Of a stretch of DNA of 64,000 bases, positions 51,628 to 64,000 are shown in pieces. The first letter of the stretch is position 1. Every line of letters begins with the position of its first letter. A program made the translations under genes and the position numbers. The notes under the pieces were generated by a model. The model was not told the DNA's origin. It worked only from the letters and a program-made list of their open reading frames with translations, and made no database searches. This stretch comes from Octopus sinensis (taxonomy: Eukaryota): contig NW_021833266.1 of NCBI RefSeq assembly GCF_006345805.1, positions 1 through 64,000 of the forward strand. The letters run 5' to 3'.

Positions 51628-54600
51628 CAGGGGTGTCAAACATGCGGCCCTCAGCGTACTTTACCAAACATAAGTGCGGTCTGATTTAATGGCTATAAAA
51701 TGCAAAGAATTATTTTTTATTTTTTTACATTTAATTAAAATTTTTAATCGTATTTTTAAATCTTGTTTGTTAATGTCACATGCTTCTTCTGGAATAAAAA
51801 AGAAACCCTCCTTGAAAGATGAATGGAGAGTGTTTCAAGATAAATGGGAACTTCTCTATTTTTGCACAATGGTTGATGGAAAAATACATTGTTTCATATG
51901 TAACAAGTTTATTGCTATACCGAAAGAATACAACCTAAAGAGGCATTATCAATCTAATCATCTATCATACAATTATTTCGAAGGTATTAAGTTGCTTATT
52001 AACCAAGAAGGTCCAATGCGTGTTTCAAAGCTAAATGAATTGCGAAAAAATTTATCTGCGTTACAAACTCATTTCACAAAAAATCATAATCGAAGTACTG
52101 CATTAGTCACTGCAAGCTATGAAATCAGCAGAATGCTTGTAGTAAATGGAAAATCATATTGTGATGGTGATTTTATCAAACAATGCCTTGTAAAAACAGC
52201 GAATATTATTTGTCCAGACGACGCCCACTTGTTTAAAGATATTAACAAGAAATACTGTTGCCGAACACATTAATGAAATGGCATTGAATTTGAAACACCA
52301 ATTAAAGTCTGATTTGTTAAAATTCGAATATTTTTCAATTGCAATCGATGAAACAGTCGACGTCGTTGGAATTACACAATTAGCAATCTTTTTTAGAGCC
52401 TGTGATTCAGATTTTAATATTTATGAAGAATTTCTCGAACTGGTACCAATGCACGATACTACTACAAGTAAAGATATCTTTATAAAACTTCTACAAATTC
52501 TTTTTGAATATGGGTTTGATTTGAAGAAGCTTGTATGTTTATGCACTGATGGTGCTCCGAATATGGTTGGACGACATGCTGGCGTTGCCGCCAATTGCGA
52601 GCTGAAATAGAAAAGGTAAATCCCGGGTCATCATTTGCTCATTTTCATTGTATTATTCATCAGCAATATTTGTGCTCAAAGATATTAAAAATGGAAAATA
52701 CCATTAGTTTGGTCACGAAAACAGTAAACTATATTAAAGGTCATCCCCTCAACCACCGGCAGTTTAGTAAACTGCTGACAGATATTAATAATCAGTTCAG
52801 CGACATTCCTTTTTATACTCCAGTCCGCTGGTTATCACTTCACAAAGTTGTTAAAAGATTTTATTTGTTGAGATCGGAAATAATTTTATTTATGGAGATG
52901 AAAGGGCAAAACACAGACGAAATGAAAAGTCAATCTTGGATCAAAGATTTAGCATTTGCAGTGGATATTACCACACATATGAACGACCTTAATTTAGAAT
53001 TGCAGGGCAAAGACAAGCTCATAACTCAGTTGTCAGATCATATCAAGTGTTCTATTTCGAAAATAAAATTATGGAAGTTTCAGCTATTACAGTATGAAAT
53101 TTTCTAAAAAAATTCAGCAAACTCTTTTTCTTCGTCTTAATTATCCATAAAAACTAAATATAAAAGTTATTTTTCATTATAATGCCAATTTTTAATTTAT
53201 TAAATTTGACCATTTTGATCTACCTGCAGTGAAAAGAGGCCTTTATTTATTTATAACTTTAAATCAAAAAAACAAAGATTAGTATTTCGTCAAACTTCCT
53301 TTACAATTATAGACTGAATATTCTTCTGGCATCGAATTATATAATTCCCTAATAAAACTGTCATCAATTGCCTCCCATTCCTCTTTCGTAATTTTCCATA
53401 AGTCCTGTACTGTTTCAGGGACCTTTAATCGTATTTTTGACTTTAGCAAACACCAAACATGCTCAATTATATTGAGATCCGGTGATTGACTTGCCAATAC
53501 TCTACTATAGTAATGCCACTGTTATTTAAAAAATCTCTTGTAGATTTGGATGTGTGGCAAGTTGCCCCATCTTGCTGAAATTTGTAATTTGATGTATATA
53601 AATCATTTAGTCCTTCAGATATAATAGATTGATAACGTGCAGAATTTAGTTTTTCATTGCATAATATTAAACTTCTTTTGCCATCAAATCGTATCGCTCC
53701 CCATACCGTTATGCTAGGGGCAAATTTGACGGTTTCTGAAGTGTATTTTTTTTCATATCTCATTGAAGGTGGTCTTCTGACATATTCTCTTGAATTGAAG
53801 AGCTGAATTCGACATTCGTCCGAAAAAATAACAAATTCCCAGGCCATATTAAACATCGACTGACACCAATATTTTCGAGCCATCATATGTCGACACGTAA
53901 GTCAAGGTTTTTTGACAGCAATCCTCCCGAATAAATTATACCTCCTCAATGTACGTCTAACTGTATCTATACTCACGGAATTATCAAAATTGATCGATTT
54001 TTTAAGTTCAAAAGCTGTTTTTTTGGGATATTTTTTAGATGTCCTGACAAGAATCCTTTCTTTTCTAGGAGATAATTTCCTCTTCGCTCCAGTGTGAATA
54101 CGGTCAAAATAGCCAAAACCAGATATGTAACGTTGAAATATTTTTTGGATCGCACATCGAGAGATTTTAAGTTCTTTTGATACTTGTCGCTGACTCATTC
54201 CATTTTTCAAAAAACTAATAACTTTTTTACGATTTTCAAAAGATACACGAGGCATGAAATAGAATTAACACGTTTTAGTTAGATTTAAATGGATATTTAA
54301 CAAAAAAATGTAATTAAATCTAAATATATTTTAAATAAATAAAGTGCCCTCTTTCATTGCATGGCCTAGAAAAGGTCAAATTTAATAAATTAAATAAAAT
54401 TGGCATTATAATGAAAAATAACTTTTATATTTAGTTTTTTATGGATAATTAAGACGAAGAAAAAGAGTTTGCTGAATTTTTTAGAAAATTTCAGACTTTA
54501 ATTTTCGAGTATTTCTATTTTTGGAAATATTCTTTAGGTGGCCTCTTTTCATTGCATGACCTAGAAATGGTCAAATTTAATAAATTAAATAAAATTGGCA

Positions 54601-55253
54601 TTATAATGAAAAATAACTTTTATATTTAGTTTTTTATGGATAATTAAGACGAAGAAAAAGAGTTTGCTGAATTTTTTTAGAAAATTTCATACTTTAATTT
54701 TCGAGTATTTCTATTTTTGGAAATATTCTTTAGGTGGCCTCTTTTCATTGCACGGGACTGTAAATAAAGATTTATCTCATTTTCCTACGTGCAAAGAGCT
54801 TAGGAGTACTGTTGATGCATATAATGTAATGAATTTTTCTTAGTATGAAAGACAACTAGAATCGTTGTTAAAGGAATTTCAAGAAAGATTTAATGATTAT
54901 TCGTCTTTTGAACAACAATTTTCATTATTCGCATCACCATTCTCTTTTAATGTTTCCAATGCAGATGAAAGTTTACAAACAGAACTATTGGAAATCCAAT
55001 CAGATTCTATACTTAAAGCTAAATATTTGGAGGTTGGAATACCTGCTTTCTTTTTATTCCTGGAAAGTTTAAAAACTTTAAAAAGTTGTCAATCCTCTGG
55101 AAGCAACTCTCACCAAAATTAAAGGGCGATAATTGAATAATTTAGTTTCTCTTATTTTGGTTATTCATCATAATAAATATCAGAACTAATCTTCCCTTAA
55201 TGAGAAATTATTATAAATGCGGCCCTCAAAGCGAAATGAGTTTGACACCCCTG
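51628..55253 (+). mobile_element. hAT transposon (SPIN/GTF2IRD2-like), disrupted
   Basis: 14-bp TIR CAGGGGTGTCAAAC, perfect 8-bp TSD ATCTATAA; KEYNLKRHY, SIAIDET, CTDGAPNM, HCIIH, VRWLS, LNLELQGK. Confidence 0.96.
53090..54760 (-). mobile_element. Tc1-like IR/DR transposon nested in the hAT
   Basis: TA TSD; removal restores host frame LL|NKDLSHFPTC; VIFSDE, FQQDGA, SPDLNIIE; transposase 53279-54255 with frameshifts. Confidence 0.93.
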
Positions 55254-56689
55254 ATCTATAATGAAACTTGTCTTGGCTAATGTGGGTACCTTAAAAAAGG
55301 GATGGATGATGATGTCAGCAATTCCGTTTTGCGAACTACCAAGACGCTTTTTCGGATTTTTGACAAACAACTAGAATATAAAATCGACATCACTTTTTCA
55401 GAATATCTATTGTTTCACAATTCATTATTTCGGAAAAGTTAAGTTCGAGTAAAAAATAATCAGGTTCTTTATTAAGTATTGCTTTTATAACAGCATTGTA
55501 GTTTTTACCAAAAAATGGAAACTAAAAAATAAAAGGTAAAATTGAAAACTCTTTTAAATAACATTCGGAACAGACAGACCCCAAACATCCAATGATCAAT
55601 TGTTCTGGTATATTCTTCTTGTCTAGCAACTTCTGGAGCGAAATAGTCCACAATTCCCACAATTTCTTTAATTTTTGAATTCATTTTCATGTTTGGTTTG
55701 ACATTTTCAAAGTTAGCAATTTTAGCGTACCCGTCTGATTCCACAGAAATGTTTTCCAGTGTTAAGTCTCTGCTAAATTATAAAAACTGACATGCCTGTG
55801 CATAATATTATGCTCGTGGAGAAACTCGAGACCCAGCAAAATACAAACAGCGTAGAATTTTAAAAATCGGAATGTCACTGTGGATATCATAGATTCTAAG
55901 TTTCCAAATTCAAGATATTCAAAGACAATGAACGAAAAATTCTGAAGTTTTTTTAATATATTAGAACCTTTGAGTAAAAATGTGAATGAAGATGAGACAA
56001 AAATTTGTTTTGTGACTTTGTTGCTAGATAAAAAACATAAATTTCGTTTCTTCTAGCCTCATTCATTGTAATTCGGTGTTTTTCCCGCTCTTCTTTTTTG
56101 ATGGCATATAATTTCCCATCTTTTTTGTATTTATGCAGAGATACCTAAATAAATTATTATTGTCTGCATTTCATACATTTCCGAAGTTTCCCCGCTCAAG
56201 CAATCTGATGTATTTAAAGTTCTCAATATACATATTTCTAAAAGTAGTGAATATTTTCTGCTATACTCTGTGAAATAATTTCTACTGATATTGAAATTCG
56301 TTTTTGACCAACGTCTTTCAAAAAAGTTGATTTTTTTCTGTATAAGAATATAAAACTGTCTCCCGAATCATAAGATGAATTCAAACAATTATTTGAGCAA
56401 TTTCCTTTCCCGCAAATGCCACCTTGTAATTATTAAAATAAGTTTTTAACCATTCGAAAATTCCAATTATCTCAGATCGTCATGTTTATAGTAAATCTTC
56501 AATGTTATCTGACTAATTATTTTGACAAAAATTCTTAATAAATATATTCTTTTACAATCAGTACATAATTGCTCCTCTATCATTATGCTAGTAAATTAAT
56601 TTTGAAAACAATAAAATAAATTAAACTTAGAAAGTTAATATATTACAAAAAATGTGAAATTCGGGTTTCTCATGGGGTGATACACTCAT
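55254..56689 (-). CDS. AGC-group kinase-like protein, probable pseudokinase; last exon(s) displaced to ~51400-51621 by the hAT
   Basis: [60 protein letters not shown], HPFF; 5' exons uncertain. Confidence 0.75.
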
Positions 56690-57315
56690 TTACTCTTTTT
56701 AATCTTCACAAAAATACTAGGCGTCCCAGCTTTGAGCAAAACGGCAAATAAAATACACGCAAACCTCTCTAATTTACCACCTCTATGATTTGCTCTCTCC
56801 CTTTTATCAAAAAAATGAAATTCTGTTTTTCTCTTATGTTTTTCTATTTTTAACATTTTTCTATTTCTTACCACTTTTTCAGGCTTATTTAAAATTTTTA
56901 ATGTTTATTAATTTAGTTAATTGCTTAATTAATCTTTTAAAAATTGGACGTAGGTATAATCAAGTCCTTCAAGTGAAATTTCAAAACATTTTTTGTTAGA
57001 ATCGAACATTTTTCGAATTATTGTTAGTTACATAAAACTATCAAAAACATACAAGGAACTGAGAAAATTGAAAAAACATTAATAAATTATTTAACTGTCT
57101 TTCCTGAAAATGTTCTCAAATAAAAACTTATTTTCTTAATTTTGACTAATAAACCCGTTGGAAACAAAAAATAGCAAACTAATTAAAAAAACATGATAAA
57201 ATGACAGTCAATATGATAAAGTGACAGTCCTTGTCTTATTGTACATATAATGTTTCAAAAAAATATTAAATACATTTTTTGTATTAATAAGAGTTAATGC
57301 TGAATTAATATGGTC

Positions 57316-57900
57316 TTATAAGACCTCATTTGATTTGTAGTAACTCCGTGATTTCTCGGAATAACCAGAAAATTTACTGACTCCTTTCACCGTGAGGATA
57401 ATCTCACATCCATCAGCAATGAATATTGAAAGGAGAGTCATTGACCAGCCAGATTCAGGAGAACTTAAATCAAAGTTGTTTGAGGGACGTTTAAACTAGA
57501 AGAAATCATTTCTCCTTCGGTCGTAATTCAAAGACAAATGAGACATATTTTAGCATTGGAGGTTATAATTTGAGACTTTTGGATTTTGAATATTCGACAA
57601 ATCAAATATTTTGATTGATTCCTTTTTAAAAATGCAAGTCTTTTGCCTTGAAAGTGGATTTTGTATCTTTTTAAATGCGAGTCTAAATGCCAACGACTCC
57701 AAACGAATTCCAATCAGTTTGCAGTAGAAAAACTATGCCTGAAAGAGGGCAGTTTGAACTAACAAACATGTGGCCGTATTTTTTGTCACCATAAAATGAA
57801 TTGCTCCTAAAAAACGTATTTAAATTCTGAACACACTCAGTTTCACTGGGTATACTCAGAATGTAGTAAATCAGTGCAAACACAACTAAACTGAGTAAGT
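57316..57900 (-). pseudogene. Possible decayed intronless orphan ORF
   Basis: Coding-like composition with consecutive ORF pieces broken by stops and frameshifts; no recognised motif. Confidence 0.25.
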
Positions 57901-58014
57901 ATATAGAAATGATAAAAATAAATATTGTTAGACAAGGATGTCAGAAAATTGACAATAAAACGCATTTTCTGAAACGGAAAATTTTACTTTTAATTTTTCC
58001 GTTTTTTAATTAAT

Positions 58015-58190
58015 TGAAGTCTGTCCTGGCCTACTTTTATGATGAACTTTGAGTTGAGAACGGCGATCGAGAACCGCTGGAAAAGCCAGTCCGCTTCCCA
58101 AAGATCATGAGTGCGGATGGAGATTTTGGCCCCGAGTTTGCGGAGGAAGTTTTCTGTCTTTAAACCAAGAGAACCAGACGTTTTCATCCC
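58015..58190 (-). mobile_element. CRE-like 3' remnant
   Basis: TSGSLG..TENFLRKLGAKI....D..EADWLFQRFSIAV. Confidence 0.7.
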
Positions 58191-58414
58191 TTTGTATAAG
58201 TATGGAAAAATGATTTTTTTGAACTAGTCAAAAATTATGTCAAATTTTTGTATTTGAGAATTCGTGTTTGAAAATGAATTTAATTAAAAAAATTATTTTA
58301 TTTTGGTCATTATCCTTTAGATTAGTAGAGATTTTTTTTATGTTTAGATATTATTTTCTGGCTTATAAATAATTAATAAATATTTTGTATAATTTTTAAA
58401 TCAATATTATATCT

Positions 58415-59363
58415 ATGTCATCGGATTGTGGTTTTATTAAAAAAGCTTCATGCTTAATACTATTATGTTTATTCGGTACTCTCACTAATAGTATCATTTT
58501 AGTACTGTGCATTGCGCTTACAATAAAGCTTACCATTAAACCTTACGCACGTGGATTCTTCTGTGATGACCAAAGTCTAAAATACCCTTACAAACCTTCT
58601 TCCATCAAATATTCACTCCTTCTTTCATGCGGGGCGCTCATAAATATTTTTTTAGTTTGTTTTTATTAAATAATTTTTCTAGGTTTTAGTGTCAGAATTA
58701 TTACTAAGCAGAGTAAGTGGAAAATTTAAACTTTCAAGAACTCTGAAAGTTATAATTCTCAATTTACTGACTTTATTTTTCACCTACGGTTTTGCGTAAG
58801 TGCTTTTATTTTTAGTAAATGTGAAGCTTTGCTATAATTTATTGAAGTTATATACTGGTCGTCTTAGGCCTAATTTTGTGAGCGTGTGTTCGCCTGATTA
58901 CACGAAAATGAATTGTTCTGAATACGTTCAGAATATTGTTTGTCTCAATTCTGATATTGACAATATCAACAGTTCTAGGTTTTTGTTTTTCGACAAAAAT
59001 TTCAGAGTTTCATTTCCCTCAGGTCATATGGCATCGGCCTCGGTTTTTGCATTTTTTGGGATTGTATATATTTTTGTGATTTGTAGTATTATTTATACCG
59101 CAGAATTCCCCAAAATCAAAATTATTTTATTCGGGCATTGATAATGGTTGTACAGTTTCTGCTCTTTTTGGGAGCAGTTTGTGTTGGAATATCACGTGTT
59201 AATGACAATAAACATCACCCTTCTGACGTATTGGCTGGTTTTCTTTTAGGGGTCTTTGGGGCGTATTTTACTGTTCTGAATTCTATTTTATGTTTAGATT
59301 AAGAAGTGTGATTTTCCAAGTGAGTTGACAGTGGAAGTTGAAAATTCAGATGATAATTATTAA
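58415..59363 (+). CDS. PAP2-family lipid phosphate phosphatase (wunen/PLPP-like), 7 exons
   Basis: RGFFCDDQSLKYPYK, KLYTGRLRPNF, SFPSGH, SRVNDNKHHPSDV. Confidence 0.93.
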
Positions 59364-59489
59364 ATTAGTTTTCTGTGATTTTTACTTTTAAACTAATCAT
59401 ATTATTTTTCGTTATTGCAATTGTTTTGTAGATTTGTTTTTCAATCGGATGGTATGCTCCAACAATCGTGTTTTCTTATCTGAAAAACA

Positions 59490-59830
59490 AACTTTCATTG
59501 GTGTGAGGTTTACTGACAGCCACGCTGTCCAGAAATTTTTTTACTTCCAGCTTTGATTTTTTCGACATGGTCGAAACTTGGCTTTAAGAAAGGTTTTAAC
59601 AGCGTTATGAGGGGCAGCAAAGGAACCCCAAGTACACCTCCATACCGCTCTATGAGCTTCCTTATTTTCAGAGATCGAGTCGTCCTATCATAAATGAGTA
59701 CTCTGCAGGATGACCCTCTCAGTCCTCTGCTTTTTGTCGGGAATTCGACCTTGTCTATCTATCTACGAGTCGGGGGAAGCATTATTTTTTAAATTCTGAA
59801 AATTTGCACGCAGACTCCTCTGCCTCAATC
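59490..59830 (+). mobile_element. Decayed CRE-like RT fragment
   Basis: KLGFKKGFNSV and QDDPLSPLLF remnants. Confidence 0.5.
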
Positions 59831-60679
59831 GGCACAATTTCTGTCTTTTTCTAAAAAGCTATTTTCATATACACAGGCTTCTACCCTCATTCTATTTATT
59901 CCCATTTAGGGTATTCCGACTACTTGTCATCCTACATAAAAAAATCAACATGTGTCTTATATTTTGAATGGCATTTATGTCATCGCTGTTTTTGTGAAGC
60001 ATTATGATTTTGTCAACTCAATTCTCTTATCTTGTTAGTTGATCTTGATTTATTGAAGATGAGCATCAATCATACACTTTTTACAAGACATTACCTTCGA
60101 AGCGGTTGTATATAGCCTTAACAGTTAACACCATTATTAAAAGTGATTTTTTCATAGAAAGATAATAACGAGTTGATATAGTAAAAAAACATGTTAAAAT
60201 ACAAAGAAAGAGTCAAAGATGTGATACTCAAACCCTTTAGAGCTAATTAAAAGTCTTTTGGGATAATCAGAATATTTAATGAGAATTCGATGAAAATGAA
60301 AGGTAACAAAGAATCAGGACTTTGTGGTTTTGTATAAAGACTTCCTGTTATGGAGGCTAATTGTGCTTCTGGTGAATTCTCAAGATATAGGAAAAGCTGA
60401 TAGTATAATGTCAAATTCTGCTGACATCTTTAACATCTCAGACATCTTTAATGAGGACCCGTTGGCCTGATTTCAGAAAACAAGCCCATAATCAATAAAA
60501 TAAAAATTTGAAATATCTGATTTAAAATATTTCTATAAATAATATTCCACAAAATTTAATGTTACGAGCTCACATCAAAAATCCAAAAAATATTTTAATT
60601 TAATTAGCACTTTCATGAGAGTCATAATATTTATAGCCCAGCATGTGCAGCAAAAAATAATAGAGAACTAGTTGAGTTG

Positions 60680-61330
60680 CGTCAAGCTCTTCTGTTCTTA
60701 GGTAGATTCTTCAGAGAGTCCAGATCGTCACTAGATGCCAATGTTTTCTTCACAGTTTTCAAATCATTTTTAAAAGCGATCGGGAAGGTAGTTTTCTGCC
60801 AAATATGTCCGCTTCCTTCACTCACTCATAGTCTTCCTTCTTGCCCACTCATCTCACTTCCCTACACTAATTATACAACTTGTAGGGCTATCACCACTGG
60901 CCTCGCCAACCACACTACTTGTTTCGCTTTCACGTCCTTGAATATCACACAATCCCTCACTCACTGTCTTTCGGTTCACTTTCCTCCTCATTGTAGCACA
61001 TTTCCCTGTCATTTCCACACCAAACAATCCAGTATATTCCACCATCTTATATTCAAGCAGATGTCTCTCGGAACTATTCGTCGTTTCTTCCAAACTATCT
61101 CCTCTGTCATTGATTCTATCAAACATGAGTTGAGCCCATCGATCATAATTATACATTGCTATATCAATTATCATGTCATCTTTGCCAATTCACCAAATAA
61201 CAATAAGCTGGTACGTGTAGTCTATGGTGTCTCAGAGGGCGGTCAGGAAAATTAGATGATAGAGAAGCTTTGAAACAACACTCGGAACTCGCAGAGATAT
61301 CATAATCTTCGATTTTGTTTTATCTCTCTT
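60680..61330 (-). mobile_element. Decayed retroelement-like fragment
   Basis: GC-richer, purine-skewed minus strand with broken ORF pieces; family assignment weak. Confidence 0.35.
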
Positions 61331-62959
61331 CGAAGACCTTCCTTAGAAAAGGAAAAATATGGTAACTTATGCAGGTGATGAACTATTAAAGATGTACGGG
61401 TGGAATTTAATTTACGACAGAGAGATGAGACACCGGAGTGGATTGGCAAGTGGTTAAGGGAAAATGTGAGGGAAGGTGATTTCTGGATATTCTAGATTTT
61501 ACAATGCATTTGTGGATGTTTCCATATTGGAATATTTTGGATTGGTCGTATACTTAAAATGGAGATTTTTGTTTTCCAATTCACTCAAAAAATAAGGAAC
61601 CCGGATTTGGAAGGAGATAATTCTTAATAAAGTGAATTAAAACTTGATCTGGACAACCTGGGAGTTTGTTGATTTTCGGTTCGGCCTTGGAATGTTCAAA
61701 TTGAGGTTGATACCTACGAAACGAGGAACTAAATGCGAGAAAAGCATTGATTTATTTGTGTGCAGAATGTGAAAAGTCATTCAAATTCATTGAATACTAT
61801 TGGGACGTCAGTTCGACATTTAAACAAACCCACAGAAACTAATCGCCATTTGCTAAAAAGGTTTTTGAATGACCAATCAATTCAAAAATGCAACTGTTAA
61901 TGCCATATCCTGATAAAAACTCCAAATTCAGCCTGACGCCAAAAATATAACATTGCTAAAAAAATTTTGGTGTATAGTTTATCATGGGATGTCTTATTCG
62001 TATAGCTAAACTTTATATTTATTAGAAATTTCTAATTTGGCTATTTTTAATGGTAAGCTTAATAGATTGTGATTAGTAAAAAAAAAGCTTAATAAATAAA
62101 GCCTAATAATTAAGCTGATAAACATGTTTGATGTAGTTTATTATGTTTTTTTTGTTTTAAAGGAACCGATATAATTAAAAGTTAGCACAGCCATCCATCC
62201 GAAGTAGACCCCACCGACATTATCGACGTTGCGTTGTCTCTCACGATAGCAACAGAGATCGACTGGAGAAAATACCGTGTCTCACGTGTGTCGTGGCTTT
62301 TTAATGTGGCTAAGCGTCAAGTTTATTATTGTTTTTATGTTTTTCTTGCGGTTTTATTTATTTTGATTTGGAAAAAATAATTCTTATGAATTTTAATTTT
62401 TTAAATTTCATCATTTTTTGAATTTATTTTGATTTTATTTCTTCCAAGTCTATTTTTTTACTATTTTGAGATTTTCTTTTTTATACTTGTATATTTTTCT
62501 TTTTATACATGCGAAATCTCAAAAATGATGACTTAAAGGAATTTCCTCGAAGGGAATTTTTTGTTGAATAAGTCATCAAATTGCCCAATTATTTTCCTAG
62601 CTTTTTTTAAAAATTCTGACATGATAATGTATGATAATTAACACGCCGATCGTCGCGTCCAGCACAAGCTACCCATCCCATGGTGGCTACATATCACCTG
62701 TCAATCTATCATAATGTCTGCCACAGTGACTGTCAAAATTAATTGCATTGGGTTCTAATCAATGACCGTTTTAACAATAAAAAATGTATTAAATTTTAGG
62801 GTCTATGTTTTTGAATCAAATTATTCCAAGTGTATCGTTGCCTATCTTAGTAATGATGTTTTTCTTAGGAGCAGATTCTATCGGCTTAAACAATATCAGA
62901 TATGTTTTTTAGGGGAATTTAACGATCCAATCATCACAGCAACGTATCTGTGTGATTAG

Positions 62960-63085
62960 ATGTCATGACGACGTCATTCTTCAAACCTAATCCGAGTTTC
63001 TGGCACAGACAACCGCTGGGAATCAAACCCAGGACCAATCAGATTAATAGCAGATATTAGACTACCCAGCTATTCGCCTCTGGCA
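62960..63085 (-). mobile_element. tRNA-derived SINE or tRNA pseudogene
   Basis: Minus strand TAGCTGGGTAG (A-box-like) ... CTGGG-TTTGATT-CCCAG T-arm/B-box; no proper cloverleaf. Confidence 0.5.
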
Positions 63086-63779
63086 TTGGTTTCTAATCAA
63101 TTATGGTTTCAAAAATGAAGAATTATTAAATAGAAGTTTATCCCTGACCTTAATCCGTATAATAACGCGTGATACACAACGTTAATGTCATTTTCGTCGA
63201 ATTTCCATTTTCGCTTGTTTTTCATTTTTTTGCTGCTTTCGTTATATTATCGTATTTTAATAACAAATTTTTCGTAATATTTTCATTATCGGTTACTTCA
63301 TTTCCAACAATTTGTTAAAATCAGAAACAAAATTAGATGCAAGTAGCTAAGAGAATAGTCGCGATCCTCCAAAAATTGAATTTCTTCCTCAGCATCTTCT
63401 CTAATGAATGGTCAAAGAGCTTCTGTTTCTACATCAATTGGTGCATTAATGCTTTTTATTCCCATAATGATATTGAAAGGAATATCCATTGTTGTTACAT
63501 GTTGGCCACGTCCGAATTGCTTTCCATACTTCCGCTGTTGAACGATTTCAGTTCACGGCTGTAGGGATCCGATTCCATTTCAAACAAATGTATCTGTGTT
63601 CACTAGTCTTCAATTCCTTGTTCAATGGTTGGATTTCTTGAGGCGATTTATTTCCTTGCTAAGGTCGGCAGCATGAGGTTGGCGTTTAGGTATAGCCATT
63701 GCTCTTACTTCCAGAATAGTCTTCGTGAAGAAGCCGATGGCCTTGTCGAGAAAGCTAAAGCTGTACAGATTTCAATTCT

Positions 63780-64000
63780 TTGATTTCGAATTCAAGATCT
63801 CCTGGAACTATGACCAGTTGGAACCAATGTATAGAATTAGACGCAGCAGGAAATTGAAAAAACATTTGGTTGTGTCAATAATGTCGACACAAAATGTCGA
63901 AATCAGAGTTGACACGTCAATTATGTCTGAAACAAAATTCAATAAACCTGACATTTTTGTCTATGATAAAGAGAAAAAAATTAATTTAATCGAAGTAGGC
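63780..64000 (+). mobile_element. R4-like RLE remnant running off the window
   Basis: NVEIRVDTSI..TKFNKPDIFVYDKEKK..LIEVG. Confidence 0.65.

Overview
Compact, AT-rich animal genomic DNA in the standard genetic code. About 16 host genes sit in tight clusters: mL37, an orphan, CCT8, alpha-actinin, a cytoplasmic intermediate filament, DOHH, tRNA-Ile(AAT), a SAXO-like orphan, actin, CCDC42/CFAP73, MRPL12, GPR89, a Slp-type RabBD+C2 protein, MANF, DCAF13, an AGC pseudokinase and a PAP2 phosphatase. Between clusters are transposon-rich tracts (Helitron with internal satellite, hAT, Tc1, pogo, Ginger-like, several non-LTR retroelements). Nearly all introns are only about 22-34 nt (mode ~27). Together with a lophotrochozoan-type IF protein and TTAGGG repeats, this suggests a dicyemid mesozoan (inference only). 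Main unexplained signals: (1) an orientation-independent strand-skew flip across genes (C/A-rich right of AT-rich tracts, G/T-rich left of them); (2) micro-introns with almost no donor consensus, GC and possibly GG donors, and many stop-free 3n introns; (3) operon-like ~100-bp gene spacing with TAG acceptors just before start codons; (4) a hAT whose TSD duplicates a splice acceptor; (5) an actin lacking His73. Single-base indels in conserved genes point to residual assembly errors. All gene models were spliced by hand and no database searches were run.
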